From Nitrospirota bacterium (GTDB lineage Bacteria > Nitrospirota > JACRHJ01), in assembly GCA_963733375.1 (NCBI GenBank), contig CAVTDB010000008.1:1-64000 (forward strand): a stretch of DNA of 64,000 bases, read 5' to 3'. Under the pieces are notes generated by a model. That model worked only from the letters and a program-made list of their open reading frames with translations. It had not been told where the DNA came from and made no database searches. The position numbers were made by a program, and so were the translations under genes. Shown here piece by piece: positions 11,234 through 22,244 of the stretch (positions within the stretch are counted from its first letter, which is position 1; each line of letters opens with the position of its first letter).

Positions 11234-13294
11234 TTATTTAGGCGCCTGGAACGACGCAATGCGGGAACTGCCCAGATATTCTTTTATGCCGTCGAATATC
11301 GCCTGGGCGACCGCCTCTCTGTACTGCGGGTCGGCCAGGTGCGACTCTTCCTCCGGGTTGGTTATAAAGCCGACTTCGGTCAAGATGCTCGGCATGCTCG
11401 CGCCGTAGAGCACTAAAAACGGCCCCTGCTTTACTCCCTTGTTGTTTACCTTGTCCTTATGAAGGTCGGTTACAAGGCTCGCCTGCACGGCGTGGGCAAG
11501 CTTCAGGGACTCGTCCCGCTTGCTGTCCAGGATGAGGTCTTTCAGGATTACGTCCAGGGAACCCATATTCCTGAGCGGGGTAAAGTTCTCCCGGGCCGCG
11601 ACCTCCATTATGTTCCTGTCACTGGGTGAGGTTCAGCAGATATGTCTCGATGCCGTGCGCGGACGGGCTTTTGCTCGCGTTTGCGTGTATGGAAATAAAC
11701 AGGTCGGCGTCGTTCTGCACCGCGATTCCGGGCCGGGCGTCCAGGTCGATGAATACGTCCTTGTTCCTGGTCATCACGACCTTGCAGTCGAAGTTCTTTT
11801 TGATGATGTCTCTTAGCTTAAGCCCGATATCCAGCACCACGTCCTTCTCGTAGAGGCCGTTGCAGCCGATGGCCCCGGTGTCCTTGCCGCCGTGGCCGGG
11901 GTCTATGACTATCGTGCCGATGCACATTCTGGGCGAGGGCGCCTGCCTTCGGGCGACCGGCACGGTGGCCGGCACGATGGTCGAGGCGGAGCCGAGTTTG
12001 GGGGCTTCCACCGGCGCGGTCTTGCCGGCCCCGGCGGGAGGTTGCGGTGAACAGTTCGCCTGGCGCGGCTGAAGGTTGCGCGGCAGGGTTGCCGGTCTCT
12101 GGGGGAGATTGCGAGCCCCTCGCCCGGCCCTCTCCCATCGAAGGGAGAGGGTGGAGCGGACGCGGGGACTTCCGGCACGGCTGCCGGCTTCTCCCTCGAG
12201 CGGCGGGGCCGTCCCCAGGTCGTTCACTGGCCGGAGGGTTATAACCCTTCCGCCCTTCCCTCGCCGGTACCGCGACGCCGGTCGACTCGCTTGTACGGCC
12301 CTGGTCTGCCGCTCCTGGCCGGTCACGTCTATTATCAGCCTCGTCGGGTGCTCTAACATCAGCGTCCTGGACGACGCGATGCTGGCCAGGTCGAGCACCA
12401 CCCGCACGGTATCCGCGTCGAACTGGCTTGCCCGGATTTTCTGGAGGATGCCGTCGTTTACGTCGATAAAGCTTCCCTTGCAGTCTTTCGGTAACTTTGC
12501 GTTCTTCAGGTCGAAGAACAGGCGGTCGGGATTTCGAAGCTTCGTTGACGAATACTGGACCGCGCCCTCCATATCTATGACGACCCTGGTGTATCCCGTA
12601 TTCGACCAGTTGCGTATCTCGTTAATCCGGACAGGCCCCCTGCCCTTTATCACTTCCACGGCAGGTGGGCCGGTCGGCGGAGGAAACGGCTTGTCACCAT
12701 CTCCCCGGCCCTCATGCTCAGGCGCATCACTTTTTATCATCCTCGGGGCCTCCGGCTCCGCAAGGTTGCCCGCCTGCAGGAGAGGGGGAACGGGAGCGCT
12801 CCGCGCGGAAGGTGCAGGGGAGGGGGCTGTCTCTGCCTTGTTACTCTCCCCACTCCGCGTAGAGGCCAGGTGGGGGGGGTGGGGGCGATTCCCAGCGCCT
12901 TCAGCCGTTTCGACGCCTTAGCCGCTTCCGGCGAACCGGGATAATCCTGTATGCATTCGGAATATGCCTTCGACGCCTGGTCCAGGTCCGCCTGCACGCG
13001 GGAGACCTTGTACAGGCCTTCGCGCGCCTCCGCCCCGGAATAGCTCGCGAGACGGGCAAAGCTTGTGCCGGGAGCGGACGAGGCAACCGCGTCGAAGCGG
13101 GCTATACATTCCTCCCATGACGTCCGGAGCCTGCGCTTCCTTTTGTCCTTCAGGAGCCGCTTGTACCGGGACTGCGCCTTCGCGTATGCCGTCTGAGGGT
13201 TCTGCTTCGCAAATGCCTGATTCTGGGATAAGACCGAGCAGATAAAAAAAGAGGTGAGTATGAATACAAAAAATGAAAGCTTTTTGGCGCGCAT
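11234..13294 (-). CDS. amiC: N-acetylmuramoyl-L-alanine amidase with TPR-like N-terminus and AMIN domain (frameshifted)
   Basis: signal peptide; TRVVID..NPDRLFFDL (AMIN); IVIDPGHGGKDTGA, LFISIHAN, PSILTEVGFITN. Confidence 0.88.
12117..12151. repeat. family B REP-like hairpin inside amiC linker
   Basis: CCCTCGCCCGGCCCTCTCCC-atcgaa-GGGAGAGGG. Confidence 0.8.
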
Positions 13295-13456
13295 TACTGC
13301 TCTCCGGATGTGTTGCTGATAAGCGCCTCATTCTAACCTTTCGGAGTGTCTTAAGTCAATGCGAAAAAACGGGGGCGGATAAGATGGGGGAAGGGGGAGT
13401 TATTAAAAGATGGAAGCCTTTCGACAGGCGTGGTATTATAATTGTAATTTTTTCAA

Positions 13457-14821
13457 TTGGAGGCGCGTAACTTGGGTATTCCGACAGTAGCTATCGTGGG
13501 CAGGCCGAACGTGGGCAAGTCCACCTTGTTTAACAGGATATTAAAGAAGAAACTCGCGGTGGTCGAAGACGTCCCCGGCGTGACCAGGGACAGGAACTAT
13601 GCCGCCGCCGTATATGAAGGCAGGAGCTTTACCATCATCGACACCGGCGGTTTCGAGCCGGTATCCGAGGACAACGTGCTTTCCCAGATGAGGGAGCAGA
13701 CCGAGCTTGCGGTGCAGGAGGCGGACCTTATTATCTTCATCGCGGACGCCCGCGAGGGCCTTTCGATTTCCGACCTGAAGGTGGCCGAGATCCTCCGGAA
13801 GTCCGGGAAGCCGGTGCTTTACTGCGTGAACAAGGTGGACGGGCCGAAGCTGGAAGAAGAAGTCTACGATTTCTACAGGCTCGGCGCGGAAGAGCTTTAC
13901 CCGGTTTCCGCCCTGCACGGGCCGGGCTTCGTGGAGCTGATGGACCGGATGCTGGAGATGCTCCCCCCGGAGACGGAGGTTGGCGAAGCGGAGGAAATCT
14001 CAGCCAATATCGCCATCATCGGGAGGCCGAACGTCGGGAAATCGACTTTACTGAACGCCCTTACCGGGTCGAAGAGGGCCGTCACGGACAACGTCCCCGG
14101 CACCACCGTGGACCCGGTGGACATCGAAGTGAAATACTACGGCAAGACTTATAACTTAGTGGATACCGCGGGTATCAGGAGCAGGGGGAAGATCGCGACC
14201 GGGATAGAGAAATACAGCGTTATCCGGGCCCTGAAGGCGGTGGAGCGGTGCGACGCGGCGTTCCTTTTGATAGACGCCTCCGAGGGCGTGACCGAACAGG
14301 ACAAGAGGATCGGCGGCATCGCGCATGAAGAAGGCAAGGGCATAATAATCACGCTGAACAAGTGGGACCTGGTCGGAAAAGAAGAAAAAAACTTCGACGA
14401 TTACGCGAAAAAAGTCCGCGAAGAGATGAAGTACCTGGACTACGCGCCGGTGGTCGCGATATCGGCGCTGACGAAACAGAGGATAGGGAAGCTCTACGAG
14501 CTGGTGGACGAGGTGGTGGAGGAAGGCAAAAAAAGGGTATCCACGCCTGAACTGAACAATATACTGGATTCGGCGGTGAATGCGCATCCGCCGGGGATGT
14601 ACAAGGGCCGCCGGGTAAAGTTTTATTTCGGGACGCAGGTCGGGGTATCGCCGCCGACGTTCATCTTTTTCGTGAACAGGCCGGAGGGCGTCCATTTCTC
14701 CTATCTCCGGTACCTGGAGAACAGGCTGCGGGAAAAGTACCCTTTCAAGGGGAACCCGGTCCGGATTTTCCTGAAGAAGCGCAAAAGGGAAGAAGAGCGG
14801 GAAAGGACGCCGGAGCGTTGA
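13457..14821 (+). CDS. der: ribosome biogenesis GTPase Der
   Basis: two [11 protein letters not shown]-domains, DTGG/DTAG, NKVD/NKWD, C-terminal KH-like YLRYLENRLR. Confidence 0.97.
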   Translation: MEARNLGIPTVAIVGRPNVGKSTLFNRILKKKLAVVEDVPGVTRDRNYAAAVYEGRSFTIIDTGGFEPVSEDNVLSQMREQTELAVQEADLIIFIADAREGLSISDLKVAEILRKSGKPVLYCVNKVDGPKLEEEVYDFYRLGAEELYPVSALHGPGFVELMDRMLEMLPPETEVGEAEEISANIAIIGRPNVGKSTLLNALTGSKRAVTDNVPGTTVDPVDIEVKYYGKTYNLVDTAGIRSRGKIATGIEKYSVIRALKAVERCDAAFLLIDASEGVTEQDKRIGGIAHEEGKGIIITLNKWDLVGKEEKNFDDYAKKVREEMKYLDYAPVVAISALTKQRIGKLYELVDEVVEEGKKRVSTPELNNILDSAVNAHPPGMYKGRRVKFYFGTQVGVSPPTFIFFVNRPEGVHFSYLRYLENRLREKYPFKGNPVRIFLKKRKREEERERTPER

Positions 14822-15645
14822 AGACGGTCCTTGCCGCGTTCAGGCGGTTCTTAAAGGACGGCGGCATATACCTGTCCGCGGCCATATCCTTCTACGCGAT
14901 ACTCTCGTTCGCCCCGCTCATATTTTTTTTGATACGCGTCTTCGCCCTGGTGCTGGGCAGGCACGTGGACATGCGCGAGGCGGTGCTCCAGTTCGTGCGC
15001 AGCGCATACCCGGCCATCAGCCCTGATTTCAGCGACCGGATCAGCCAGATATCCGCCGGGCCCGGCACGGGATGGTTAAGCTTCGTAATATTCCTCTGGG
15101 TCGGAAGCCTGGTCTTCAGCTCGCTCGACTATTCCATAAACCGGGTCTTCAGGTCGCATCACAGGCGCCAGTTCTTCAGGTCCAGGCTGACCGCGTTCGC
15201 GCTGGTAATCCTTTCCGGCATCCTTTTCACGGTGTCTTTCTGGCTGACTTACATCCCGACGTTCATCAGGAAGCATTATGCATTTTTCGGCTCGTCCAGG
15301 GCGATACCCTTCCTCACTGCGAGCGTCCTTGTAAAGGCCGTCCCGGTGGCGCTCACCTGTCTGTCGTTCATGCTCCTGTACCGGCTCCTCCCAAGGAAGA
15401 AGATAGGTCTGAAGGACGCGGCGATCGGCGGGGTAACCGCCGGACTGCTCTGGGAGGCGGCGAAGTTGGTCTTCACCTGGTACGTGGGGAGGATTGAGTC
15501 GCTTAAGCCTCTACGGCTCGTTCACGACGCTGATATTCTTCATGTTATGGATATATTATTCGGCGACGATATTCCTGCTGGTGGCCGAGGTCCTGTACGC
15601 CCGGACGCACGGAATGGGCTTGAAAAAGATATCGTAAAAATATAG
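14818..15645 (+). CDS. YihY/BrkB family membrane protein (frameshift near 3' end)
   Basis: SAAISFYAILSFAP, LLYRLLP, GLLWEAAKLVFTWY, LYGSF in alternate frame. Confidence 0.85.
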   Translation: MKTVLAAFRRFLKDGGIYLSAAISFYAILSFAPLIFFLIRVFALVLGRHVDMREAVLQFVRSAYPAISPDFSDRISQISAGPGTGWLSFVIFLWVGSLVFSSLDYSINRVFRSHHRRQFFRSRLTAFALVILSGILFTVSFWLTYIPTFIRKHYAFFGSSRAIPFLTASVLVKAVPVALTCLSFMLLYRLLPRKKIGLKDAAIGGVTAGLLWEAAKLVFTWYVGRIESLKPLRLVHDADILHVMDILFGDDIPAGGRGPVRPDARNGLEKDIVKI

Positions 15646-15796
15646 AATTACCTCCCGTGTTCGCGAGAGGGAGGAGCGTTCCCGGAGAAAAATTATCGTT
15701 GAACGTAAAATAGAAATATTGCCATAAGAGCGTAATTGTGAATAATAATTTTTCGGAGGGAATGCTCCTCCCGAAGAGTAGTAACCGGAGGCAGAG

Positions 15797-17166
15797 ATGG
15801 TCCTGATAAATTACGCCACCAAGGAAATTGTCGCGAAGGTCGTCTATTACGGCCCCGGCCTGTGCGGCAAGACCACGAACCTCCAGCACATATACACGAA
15901 GCTGAACCCGAAGAAGCGCGGCAAGATGATCTCGATTGCCACCCAGGCGGACAGGACGCTCTTCTTCGATTTCCTGCCGGTGGAACTCGGCGTGGTGCAG
16001 GGCTTCAAGGTGCGTTTCCAGCTCTATACCGTGCCGGGCCAGGTATTTTACGGCGCCACCAGGAGACTGGTGCTGAAAGGCGCGGACGCGGTCGTCTTTG
16101 TCGCCGATTCCCAGGCGGACGTGCTGTCGAAGAACGTGGAGAGCCTGGAGGACCTGAAGCAGAACCTCGTGGAGAACGGCCTGGACCCCCAGACTATCCC
16201 CATCGTATTCCAGTACAACAAGCGGGACCTCCCGAACATACTGGACGCGGCGCTCCTGGACGGCAAGGTCAACTTCAGGCAGGCGCCCTTCTATGAGGCC
16301 TCCGCGATAACCGGCATGGGGGTGATGGAGACCATCAAGGGGGTTATAACGCTCCTGATACAGGACCTGAAGCGGAAGCACTCGCTGATGGACACGGGCA
16401 TAAAGGAACTTCCCGCCGATATGTTCGAGCCGAAGCGCGACGACGGCCTCCCGGCAGCCGATTTGAAGCTGGAACTGGAATTGGGCTCCGGCATCCGGGA
16501 TGAGGAGCCGAAGGAAGCCGGGGAAGAGAAAGGCTCCGGAATCCATCCTGGACCAGGTGGAGACGATAACGCTCGCGGATACCCTGCAGGCGGAGGTTTT
16601 TTTCGATACCGTCCGGGAGGGGCGGGAGGCGGAGGAGGCAAAGGAGAAAGCGCGGACGGCCGGGCAGGCGGGCGGCATCGAGCTGTCCCACGCCACCGGC
16701 GAGTTTAAGGTAGAGTTCGACATGGAAGATACCCGCGAGCTTACTCCCGAAGAGATTCCGGACACGTCGGACGAGGGCTACCTGGGAATGGATATGACCG
16801 CGCCCGGGATGATGGAGCCGGAAGGCATAGTGGCGGCCCCGATATTCGACAGGCCGGTGCGTGAGCCAGTCCGGGAGCCGGTCCGGGAGCCTGCGCCCGG
16901 CGGCCGTCAGTGAAAATTTGCCTGCTTCGCAGGGGACAAATGTCCCTGCGTTTGATATAATCCCAATAATCGAACGTATGGCGAAGCTGGAGGAAGCAGT
17001 CGCGGATTTAAAAAATCTTTTCGAAGGGCGCGACCAGCTTATGCTCTCCGTGCTGGAAGCGATGCGCGACCTGAAGAAAAACTTTCTGGACTCAAACGAG
17101 AAAATAGAGGACGCGCTTAAGGACCTGACGGACAAAGCGCAGCCCAGGAAAAAGAAATGGTTCTAA
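15797..17166 (+). CDS. MglA-like small GTPase with long acidic linker and C-terminal coiled coil (frameshifted)
   Basis: KVVYYGPGLCGKTTNL, DRTLFFDF, LYTVPGQ, QYNKRDL; continues through ORFs 16500-16913 and 16861-17166. Confidence 0.8.
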
Positions 17167-17182
17167 TAAAAGGAGCGGCGGC

Positions 17183-17389
17183 ATGATGGAACCGGTAATG
17201 TGCCCCTTCTGCGGCGGCGGCGAACTTCTGGAAGAAGAAGAGTCGGAGATGGAGACCGAGGACGAGTACTGGGTGATCTATCACTGGCGCTGCCCGGACT
17301 GCGGAGAGGTGTTTGAGAAAATAGTCGCGCGGCCGCTGTCGGAGTCTTTCGAGGAACTGGAAGACGACGAGGGGCCGTTGTGGAGTTGA
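17183..17389 (+). CDS. small acidic zinc-ribbon protein
   Basis: CPFC...CPDC, AAGGAG RBS. Confidence 0.7.
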   Translation: MMEPVMCPFCGGGELLEEEESEMETEDEYWVIYHWRCPDCGEVFEKIVARPLSESFEELEDDEGPLWS

Positions 17390-17525
17390 AGCATTTCCTG
17401 ATAAGCGGGACGCTGAAAATATCGAAAAATACGAATATTGCCTTAAAAAGGCGCCTGATATCTAATCCCTTTGTATTATATACCTATAAAATAGTCGTTA
17501 ATTTCAGATAATTATTCTTTTTCAG

Positions 17526-17554
17526 TTGACACTGTGGCGGTTTTGGAATATCAT
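17526..17554 (+). promoter_or_regulatory. sigma70 promoter of nuo operon
   Basis: TTGACA-17-TATCAT. Confidence 0.7.
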
Positions 17555-17629
17555 TCGCGGCGGTTAGGTTAATCCTGTAATTGCTTCATAAATAATCAAG
17601 TTAAAACGAGTGCTTAGGGGGGTTGTGCA

Positions 17630-18007
17630 ATGCAGACGCCCGGAACTCTTCTCCCGCTTGATTACTGGCCAGTCGTAATATATTTAGCCGTCGCGGTCGC
17701 GTTCGGCGTCGTTACCATATCCTTAGGAACCCTTCTCCGCCCAAGCCGTCCAAACGCTTCAAAGCTTTCCCCTTACGAGTGCGGCTGTCCGCCGGTAGGG
17801 GACGCCAGAGAGCAGTTCTCGGTCCGTTTTTATATCGTCGCGATGCTCTTCGTCCTGTTCGACCTGGAAGCCGTGTTCATGTACCCCTGGGCGATATCGT
17901 TTAACAAGCTTGGCATGTTCGGGTTCGTGGAGATGCTTGTCTTTATCGCGATACTCCTGGTCGGATATTTCTACGCCTGGAAAAAGGGAGCTCTTGAATG
18001 GGACTGA
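17630..18007 (+). CDS. nuoA: NADH-quinone oxidoreductase subunit A
   Basis: [29 protein letters not shown]. Confidence 0.97.
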   Translation: MQTPGTLLPLDYWPVVIYLAVAVAFGVVTISLGTLLRPSRPNASKLSPYECGCPPVGDAREQFSVRFYIVAMLFVLFDLEAVFMYPWAISFNKLGMFGFVEMLVFIAILLVGYFYAWKKGALEWD

Positions 18008-18499
18008 TCGAAGGACGTTTCGAAGACAATTTCGTCACCACCAAGATAGACTGGGTGATCAACGCCGCGAGGGCGTATTCCATCTGGCCGATGACCTTCG
18101 GGCTGGCATGCTGCGCGATAGAGATGATACACGCATACGGCGCGCCGCAGAATGGACTTCGACCGGTTCGGCGTCATACCGCGCGGGACGCCCAGGCAGT
18201 CCGACCTTATGATAGTCGCCGGGACCCTTACGAAGAAGATGGCCCCCGTCTTAAGGAAAGTGTACGACCAGATGCCGGAGCCCAGGTGGGTCATAGCGAT
18301 GGGGAGCTGCGCCTGCACCGGCAACATCTACCAGACATACAGCGTGGTCCGGGGCGTGGACCTTATAGTGCCGGTGGACGTTTTCGTCCCGGGCTGTCCG
18401 CCCAGGCCGGAGGCGCTGTTCTTTGCGGTGAAGAAGCTCCAGGACAAGATAATGAGCGGCAGGTACGTGCGAAAACCTTTGTTTGCCGAGAAGGGATAA
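17998..18499 (+). CDS. nuoB: NADH-quinone oxidoreductase subunit B (frameshift ~18145)
   Basis: [32 protein letters not shown]. Confidence 0.97.
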
Positions 18500-18508
18500 A
18501 CTTAAGCC

Positions 18509-18997
18509 TTGCATCCCGATAATATTGTCGAGCAGATAAGAGAGCGTTTCCCGGACGAGACAACCGGCTCGGGGAGCGCCTATGGGCAGAGCTGGGCCGT
18601 CATCAAAAGGGACAAGCTCCTGGATATATGCCGCTTCCTGAAGGACGACCCGGACGTGAAGATGGACTACCTGATAGACATTACCGCGGTGGACTGGCTG
18701 CCGAAGTCCCCGAGGTTCGAGGTGGTCTATAACATGCACTCGATGAAGCACGGCCACAGAATCCGCCTCAAGGTGCCGGTGGAGGACGACGGGGACCCCT
18801 GGGTGCCGACGGTTTCCGGCATCTGGAGGACCGCCTGCTGGCACGAGAGAGAGACTTACGACCTTTTCGGAATAATGTTCCACGGCAACCAGGACTTGAG
18901 AAGGATACTACTGCCGGAAGACTGGGAAGGCCATCCGCTCCGGAAGGACTACCCGATCGAGGGGCCCGAGTGGAAATTCGAGCCCTGGCCGGAGTAA
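18509..18997 (+). CDS. nuoC: NADH-quinone oxidoreductase subunit C
   Basis: [21 protein letters not shown]. Confidence 0.97.
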   Translation: MHPDNIVEQIRERFPDETTGSGSAYGQSWAVIKRDKLLDICRFLKDDPDVKMDYLIDITAVDWLPKSPRFEVVYNMHSMKHGHRIRLKVPVEDDGDPWVPTVSGIWRTACWHERETYDLFGIMFHGNQDLRRILLPEDWEGHPLRKDYPIEGPEWKFEPWPE

Positions 18998-19009
18998 AGT
19001 TCAAAACCT

Positions 19010-19112
19010 GTTACCTTTTTGGAAAAAGGTAACGCCAAAAACTTTTAGGGTTTAAACGTCGGCTTTCTTTTGGTTACTTTTCTTTCACCCAAAAAAAAGA
19101 AAGAAAAGTAAC
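19010..19112. repeat. family A paired palindromic element (nuoC-nuoD)
   Basis: GTTACCTTTTT-gg-AAAAAGGTAAC and GTTACTTTTCTTTC...GAAAGAAAAGTAAC hairpins. Confidence 0.85.
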
Positions 19113-19136
19113 GAAGTATAAAAATTAAAATTAAAT

Positions 19137-20312
19137 ATGCCGCTTACCACTAAAGAAATAACGATAAACATGGGCCCGCAGCACCCCAGCACGCACGGGG
19201 TCTTAAGGCTCGTACTGGAGCTGGACGGCGAAGTCGTCATCTCCTGCACGCCGCATATCGGGTACCTCCACAGGGGCTCGGAAAAGCTTGCGGAGACAAA
19301 GACGTACCAGCAGATAGTCCCGCTTACGGACCGCTTCGACTACCTCTCCTGCGGCAACAACAACCTGGCCTATGCCATCGCGGTGGAAAAAATGATGGGG
19401 ATCGAGGTCCCGGAGCGGGCCGATTACCTGCGCGTCATAGTCGCGGAGCTGTCCAGGCTCTCCTCGCACCTGCTCTGGCTTGCCACGCACGCCGCGGACA
19501 TCGGCGCCGTCACGGTACTTCTGTACTGCCTCCGGGAGAGGGAAGAGATAATGAACCTCTTCGAGATCCTCTCCGGGGCGAGGTTAACCGTATCCTACAT
19601 CAACATCGGCGGTGTAAGGCGCGACGCCACCCCGGAATTCTTCCGGCGCACGCGGGAGTTCATGGACGTGATGCCGAAGAGGATACAGGAATACAACACC
19701 CTCATAATGCAGAACCGCATCTGGCTTGGCCGCACGAAGGGCATCGGAATAATATCTTATAACGAAGCCATAGACTGGGGGCTTACCGGCGGGTCGCTCC
19801 GGGGTTCAGGGGTGGACTACGATTTGAGGAAAGCCATGCCGTACGCGGCATACGACAGGCTGAGGTTCGAGGTGCCCCTGGGCGGCAGGGGCGACGTGTA
19901 CGACCGGTACATAGTGCGCATGGACGAGATGAACGAGTCCATCAGCATGATAAAGCAGTGCCTCCAGCACATGCCCGACGGCCCGTACAAGGCCGACATA
20001 CCCACGGTGACGCTTCCGCCCAAGGACCGCGTGATGCAGGACATCGAGACGCTGGTACACCAGTTCGTGCTCGTTTCCAAGGGCTTTCCGGTGCCTAAAG
20101 GGGAAATTTATGTGGGCGCCGAGGTGCCGAAAGGCGAGCTCGGGTTCTATATCGTATCCGACGGCTCGGAGAAGCCGATCCGCATGAAGGTGCGCTCCCC
20201 GAGCTTCGTGAACCTCCAGTGCCTGCCCAGGATGGTGCAGGGGCACATGATAGCCGACATCGTCTCCTGCATCGGGAGCATAGATATAGTCCTGGGCGAG
20301 GTGGACAGGTAA
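19137..20312 (+). CDS. nuoD: NADH-quinone oxidoreductase subunit D
   Basis: NMGPQHPSTHGVLRL, GYLHRG, PKGELG, DIVLGEVDR. Confidence 0.98.
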   Translation: MPLTTKEITINMGPQHPSTHGVLRLVLELDGEVVISCTPHIGYLHRGSEKLAETKTYQQIVPLTDRFDYLSCGNNNLAYAIAVEKMMGIEVPERADYLRVIVAELSRLSSHLLWLATHAADIGAVTVLLYCLREREEIMNLFEILSGARLTVSYINIGGVRRDATPEFFRRTREFMDVMPKRIQEYNTLIMQNRIWLGRTKGIGIISYNEAIDWGLTGGSLRGSGVDYDLRKAMPYAAYDRLRFEVPLGGRGDVYDRYIVRMDEMNESISMIKQCLQHMPDGPYKADIPTVTLPPKDRVMQDIETLVHQFVLVSKGFPVPKGEIYVGAEVPKGELGFYIVSDGSEKPIRMKVRSPSFVNLQCLPRMVQGHMIADIVSCIGSIDIVLGEVDR

Positions 20313-20322
20313 AAAATCTTCT

Positions 20323-20360
20323 CCCTCTCCCTTGATGGGAGAGGGCCGGGGAGAGGGTGA
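20323..20360. repeat. family B REP-like hairpin (nuoD-nuoE)
   Basis: CCCTCTCCC-ttgat-GGGAGAGGG-CCGGGGAGAGGG. Confidence 0.8.
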
Positions 20361-20372
20361 ATAAAGGGATAA

Positions 20373-20843
20373 ATGATTACGTTAAGCGAAAATACACTCC
20401 AGGAAATCGAACGGGCCGCGTCCAAGTACGTGGACAGGAAGAGCGCGCTGATGGCGGGGCTCTGGGCGGCCCAGGAGGAGTACGGGCACCTCTCCGCCGA
20501 AGTCATAGAAGCGGTGGCGGCGGCGATAGGCGTATCGAACGCGAAGGCCCAGGGGTTGGCTACATATCATTCGCTCTACTGGAAGAAGCCCGTCGGCAAA
20601 TACGTCGTCATGCTCTGCACGAACATAGCGTGCACGCTCTGCGGCGCGGAGACTTATCTCGAACACCTGGAGAGGAAGCTCGGAATAAACGAGGGAGAGA
20701 CTACCCCCGACGGGAGGTTCACCCTCCAGGAAGTGGAATGCATAGGCGCATGCGGCAACGCCCCGGCGATGGTCATAAACGAGACGTTCTATTACGACCT
20801 GACGTCTGAGAAAATAGACGGGATACTGGCAAGTCTGGAATAA
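20373..20843 (+). CDS. nuoE: NADH-quinone oxidoreductase subunit E
   Basis: CTNIAC...ECIGACGNAP 2Fe-2S ligands. Confidence 0.96.
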   Translation: MITLSENTLQEIERAASKYVDRKSALMAGLWAAQEEYGHLSAEVIEAVAAAIGVSNAKAQGLATYHSLYWKKPVGKYVVMLCTNIACTLCGAETYLEHLERKLGINEGETTPDGRFTLQEVECIGACGNAPAMVINETFYYDLTSEKIDGILASLE

Positions 20844-20850
20844 AGCAAGA

Positions 20851-20950
20851 CCCCACTTTCTTTTTGCGGAAAAAGAAAGTGGCCAAAGAAAAACGGGGTT
20901 AAAGTCCCGCTTTCTTTTGGTACTTTTCTTTCACCTGAAAGAAAAGTACG
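20851..20950. repeat. family A paired palindromic element (nuoE-nuoF)
   Basis: CCACTTTCTTTTT..AAAAAGAAAGTGG and GTACTTTTCTTTC..GAAAGAAAAGTAC. Confidence 0.85.
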
Positions 20951-20963
20951 ACCTGGAACTTAA

Positions 20964-22244
20964 ATGGAAAAGATTCTTCTAAAAAACGCCGACGTCCCGA
21001 ACATAAACGATATAGAAGTCTATATCGCGCACGGCGGATATAAATCTCTGGACAAGGCGTTCCAGATGGGGCCGAAGGACGTCCTGGAAGAAGTGAAGCG
21101 CTCGGGGCTGCGGGGCCGGGGCGGCGCGTGGTTCCCCGCCGGGATGAAATGGCAGTTCTGCGTCGAGGTAAATAAATTCCCGAAGTACCTTATAGCGAAC
21201 GCGGACGAGGGCGAGCCGGCGACCTTCAAGGACAGGCCGTTCCTCGAGAAAGACCCGCACCAGCTTATCGAAGGCATGATCGTCTCCGCTTACGCGATAG
21301 GCGCTTCCAAGGGCTACATATACCTCCGCGGCGAATACCCGCAGGGCTACAAGGTATTAAACGCCGCTATCGACCAGGCATACAAAAAGAACATCCTGGG
21401 CAATAACATAAAGGGCACGGACTTTTCGTTCGACCTGGCCGTCCACAGGGGCGCGGGCGCGTACATCTGCGGCGAGGCCTCGGCGCTTATCGAATCCCTG
21501 GAAGGCAAGCGCGGCCAGTTCCGCGTCAGGCCGCCGTACATGGCCACGCACGGCGCGTTCGGGATGCCGACTGTCGTAAACAACGTCGAGACGCTGGTCA
21601 ACGTATCGCACATAATAAACGGCGGCGCGGACTGGTGGGCCTCCATAGGCTCGAAGGACTCGCCGGGGCCGAAGGTATTCGGGATAAGCGGGCACTTGAA
21701 TAAGCCGGGGCTGTACGAACTGCCGATGGGCGTTACGCTCCGCGAACTGATTTACGAGCACGGCGGCGGCATAAAGGGCGGGAGGGAGCTGAAAGCCATA
21801 ATACCGGGCGGCGTATCCACCTCGATGCTGACTCCGGACCACCTGGATATCAATATGGACGTGAAGTCGCTCCAGAGCGCCGGTTCCGCGATAGGCTCCG
21901 GCGCCACGACCGTAATGAGCGAGGACGCCTGCGTGGTGCACATGGTCTGGCGGGCGATGGCGTTCTTCTACCACGAGTCGTGCGGGCGCTGCACCCCGTG
22001 CAGGGAAGGCACGGACTGGATGGTCAGGATACTCGCGAGGATAGAGAACGGCGAGGGCAGGCTCGACGACCTGAAGATTCTCGAAGACGTCTGCCATACC
22101 ATCCACAACAACTGCTTCTGCCCGCTTGGCGAGGGCGCGGTCAACCCGGTGCTCTCCGGGCTTAAATATTTCCGGCGGGATTTCGAGGAGCATATCATGA
22201 GGCGCGGCTGCCCATTGGGCTTCAAGGCGAGGGCGAGGCACTGA
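20964..22244 (+). CDS. nuoF: NADH-quinone oxidoreductase subunit F
   Basis: SGLRGRGGA, NADEGEP, GAGAYICGE, ESCGRCTPCREG, CPLG. Confidence 0.97.
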   Translation: MEKILLKNADVPNINDIEVYIAHGGYKSLDKAFQMGPKDVLEEVKRSGLRGRGGAWFPAGMKWQFCVEVNKFPKYLIANADEGEPATFKDRPFLEKDPHQLIEGMIVSAYAIGASKGYIYLRGEYPQGYKVLNAAIDQAYKKNILGNNIKGTDFSFDLAVHRGAGAYICGEASALIESLEGKRGQFRVRPPYMATHGAFGMPTVVNNVETLVNVSHIINGGADWWASIGSKDSPGPKVFGISGHLNKPGLYELPMGVTLRELIYEHGGGIKGGRELKAIIPGGVSTSMLTPDHLDINMDVKSLQSAGSAIGSGATTVMSEDACVVHMVWRAMAFFYHESCGRCTPCREGTDWMVRILARIENGEGRLDDLKILEDVCHTIHNNCFCPLGEGAVNPVLSGLKYFRRDFEEHIMRRGCPLGFKARARH

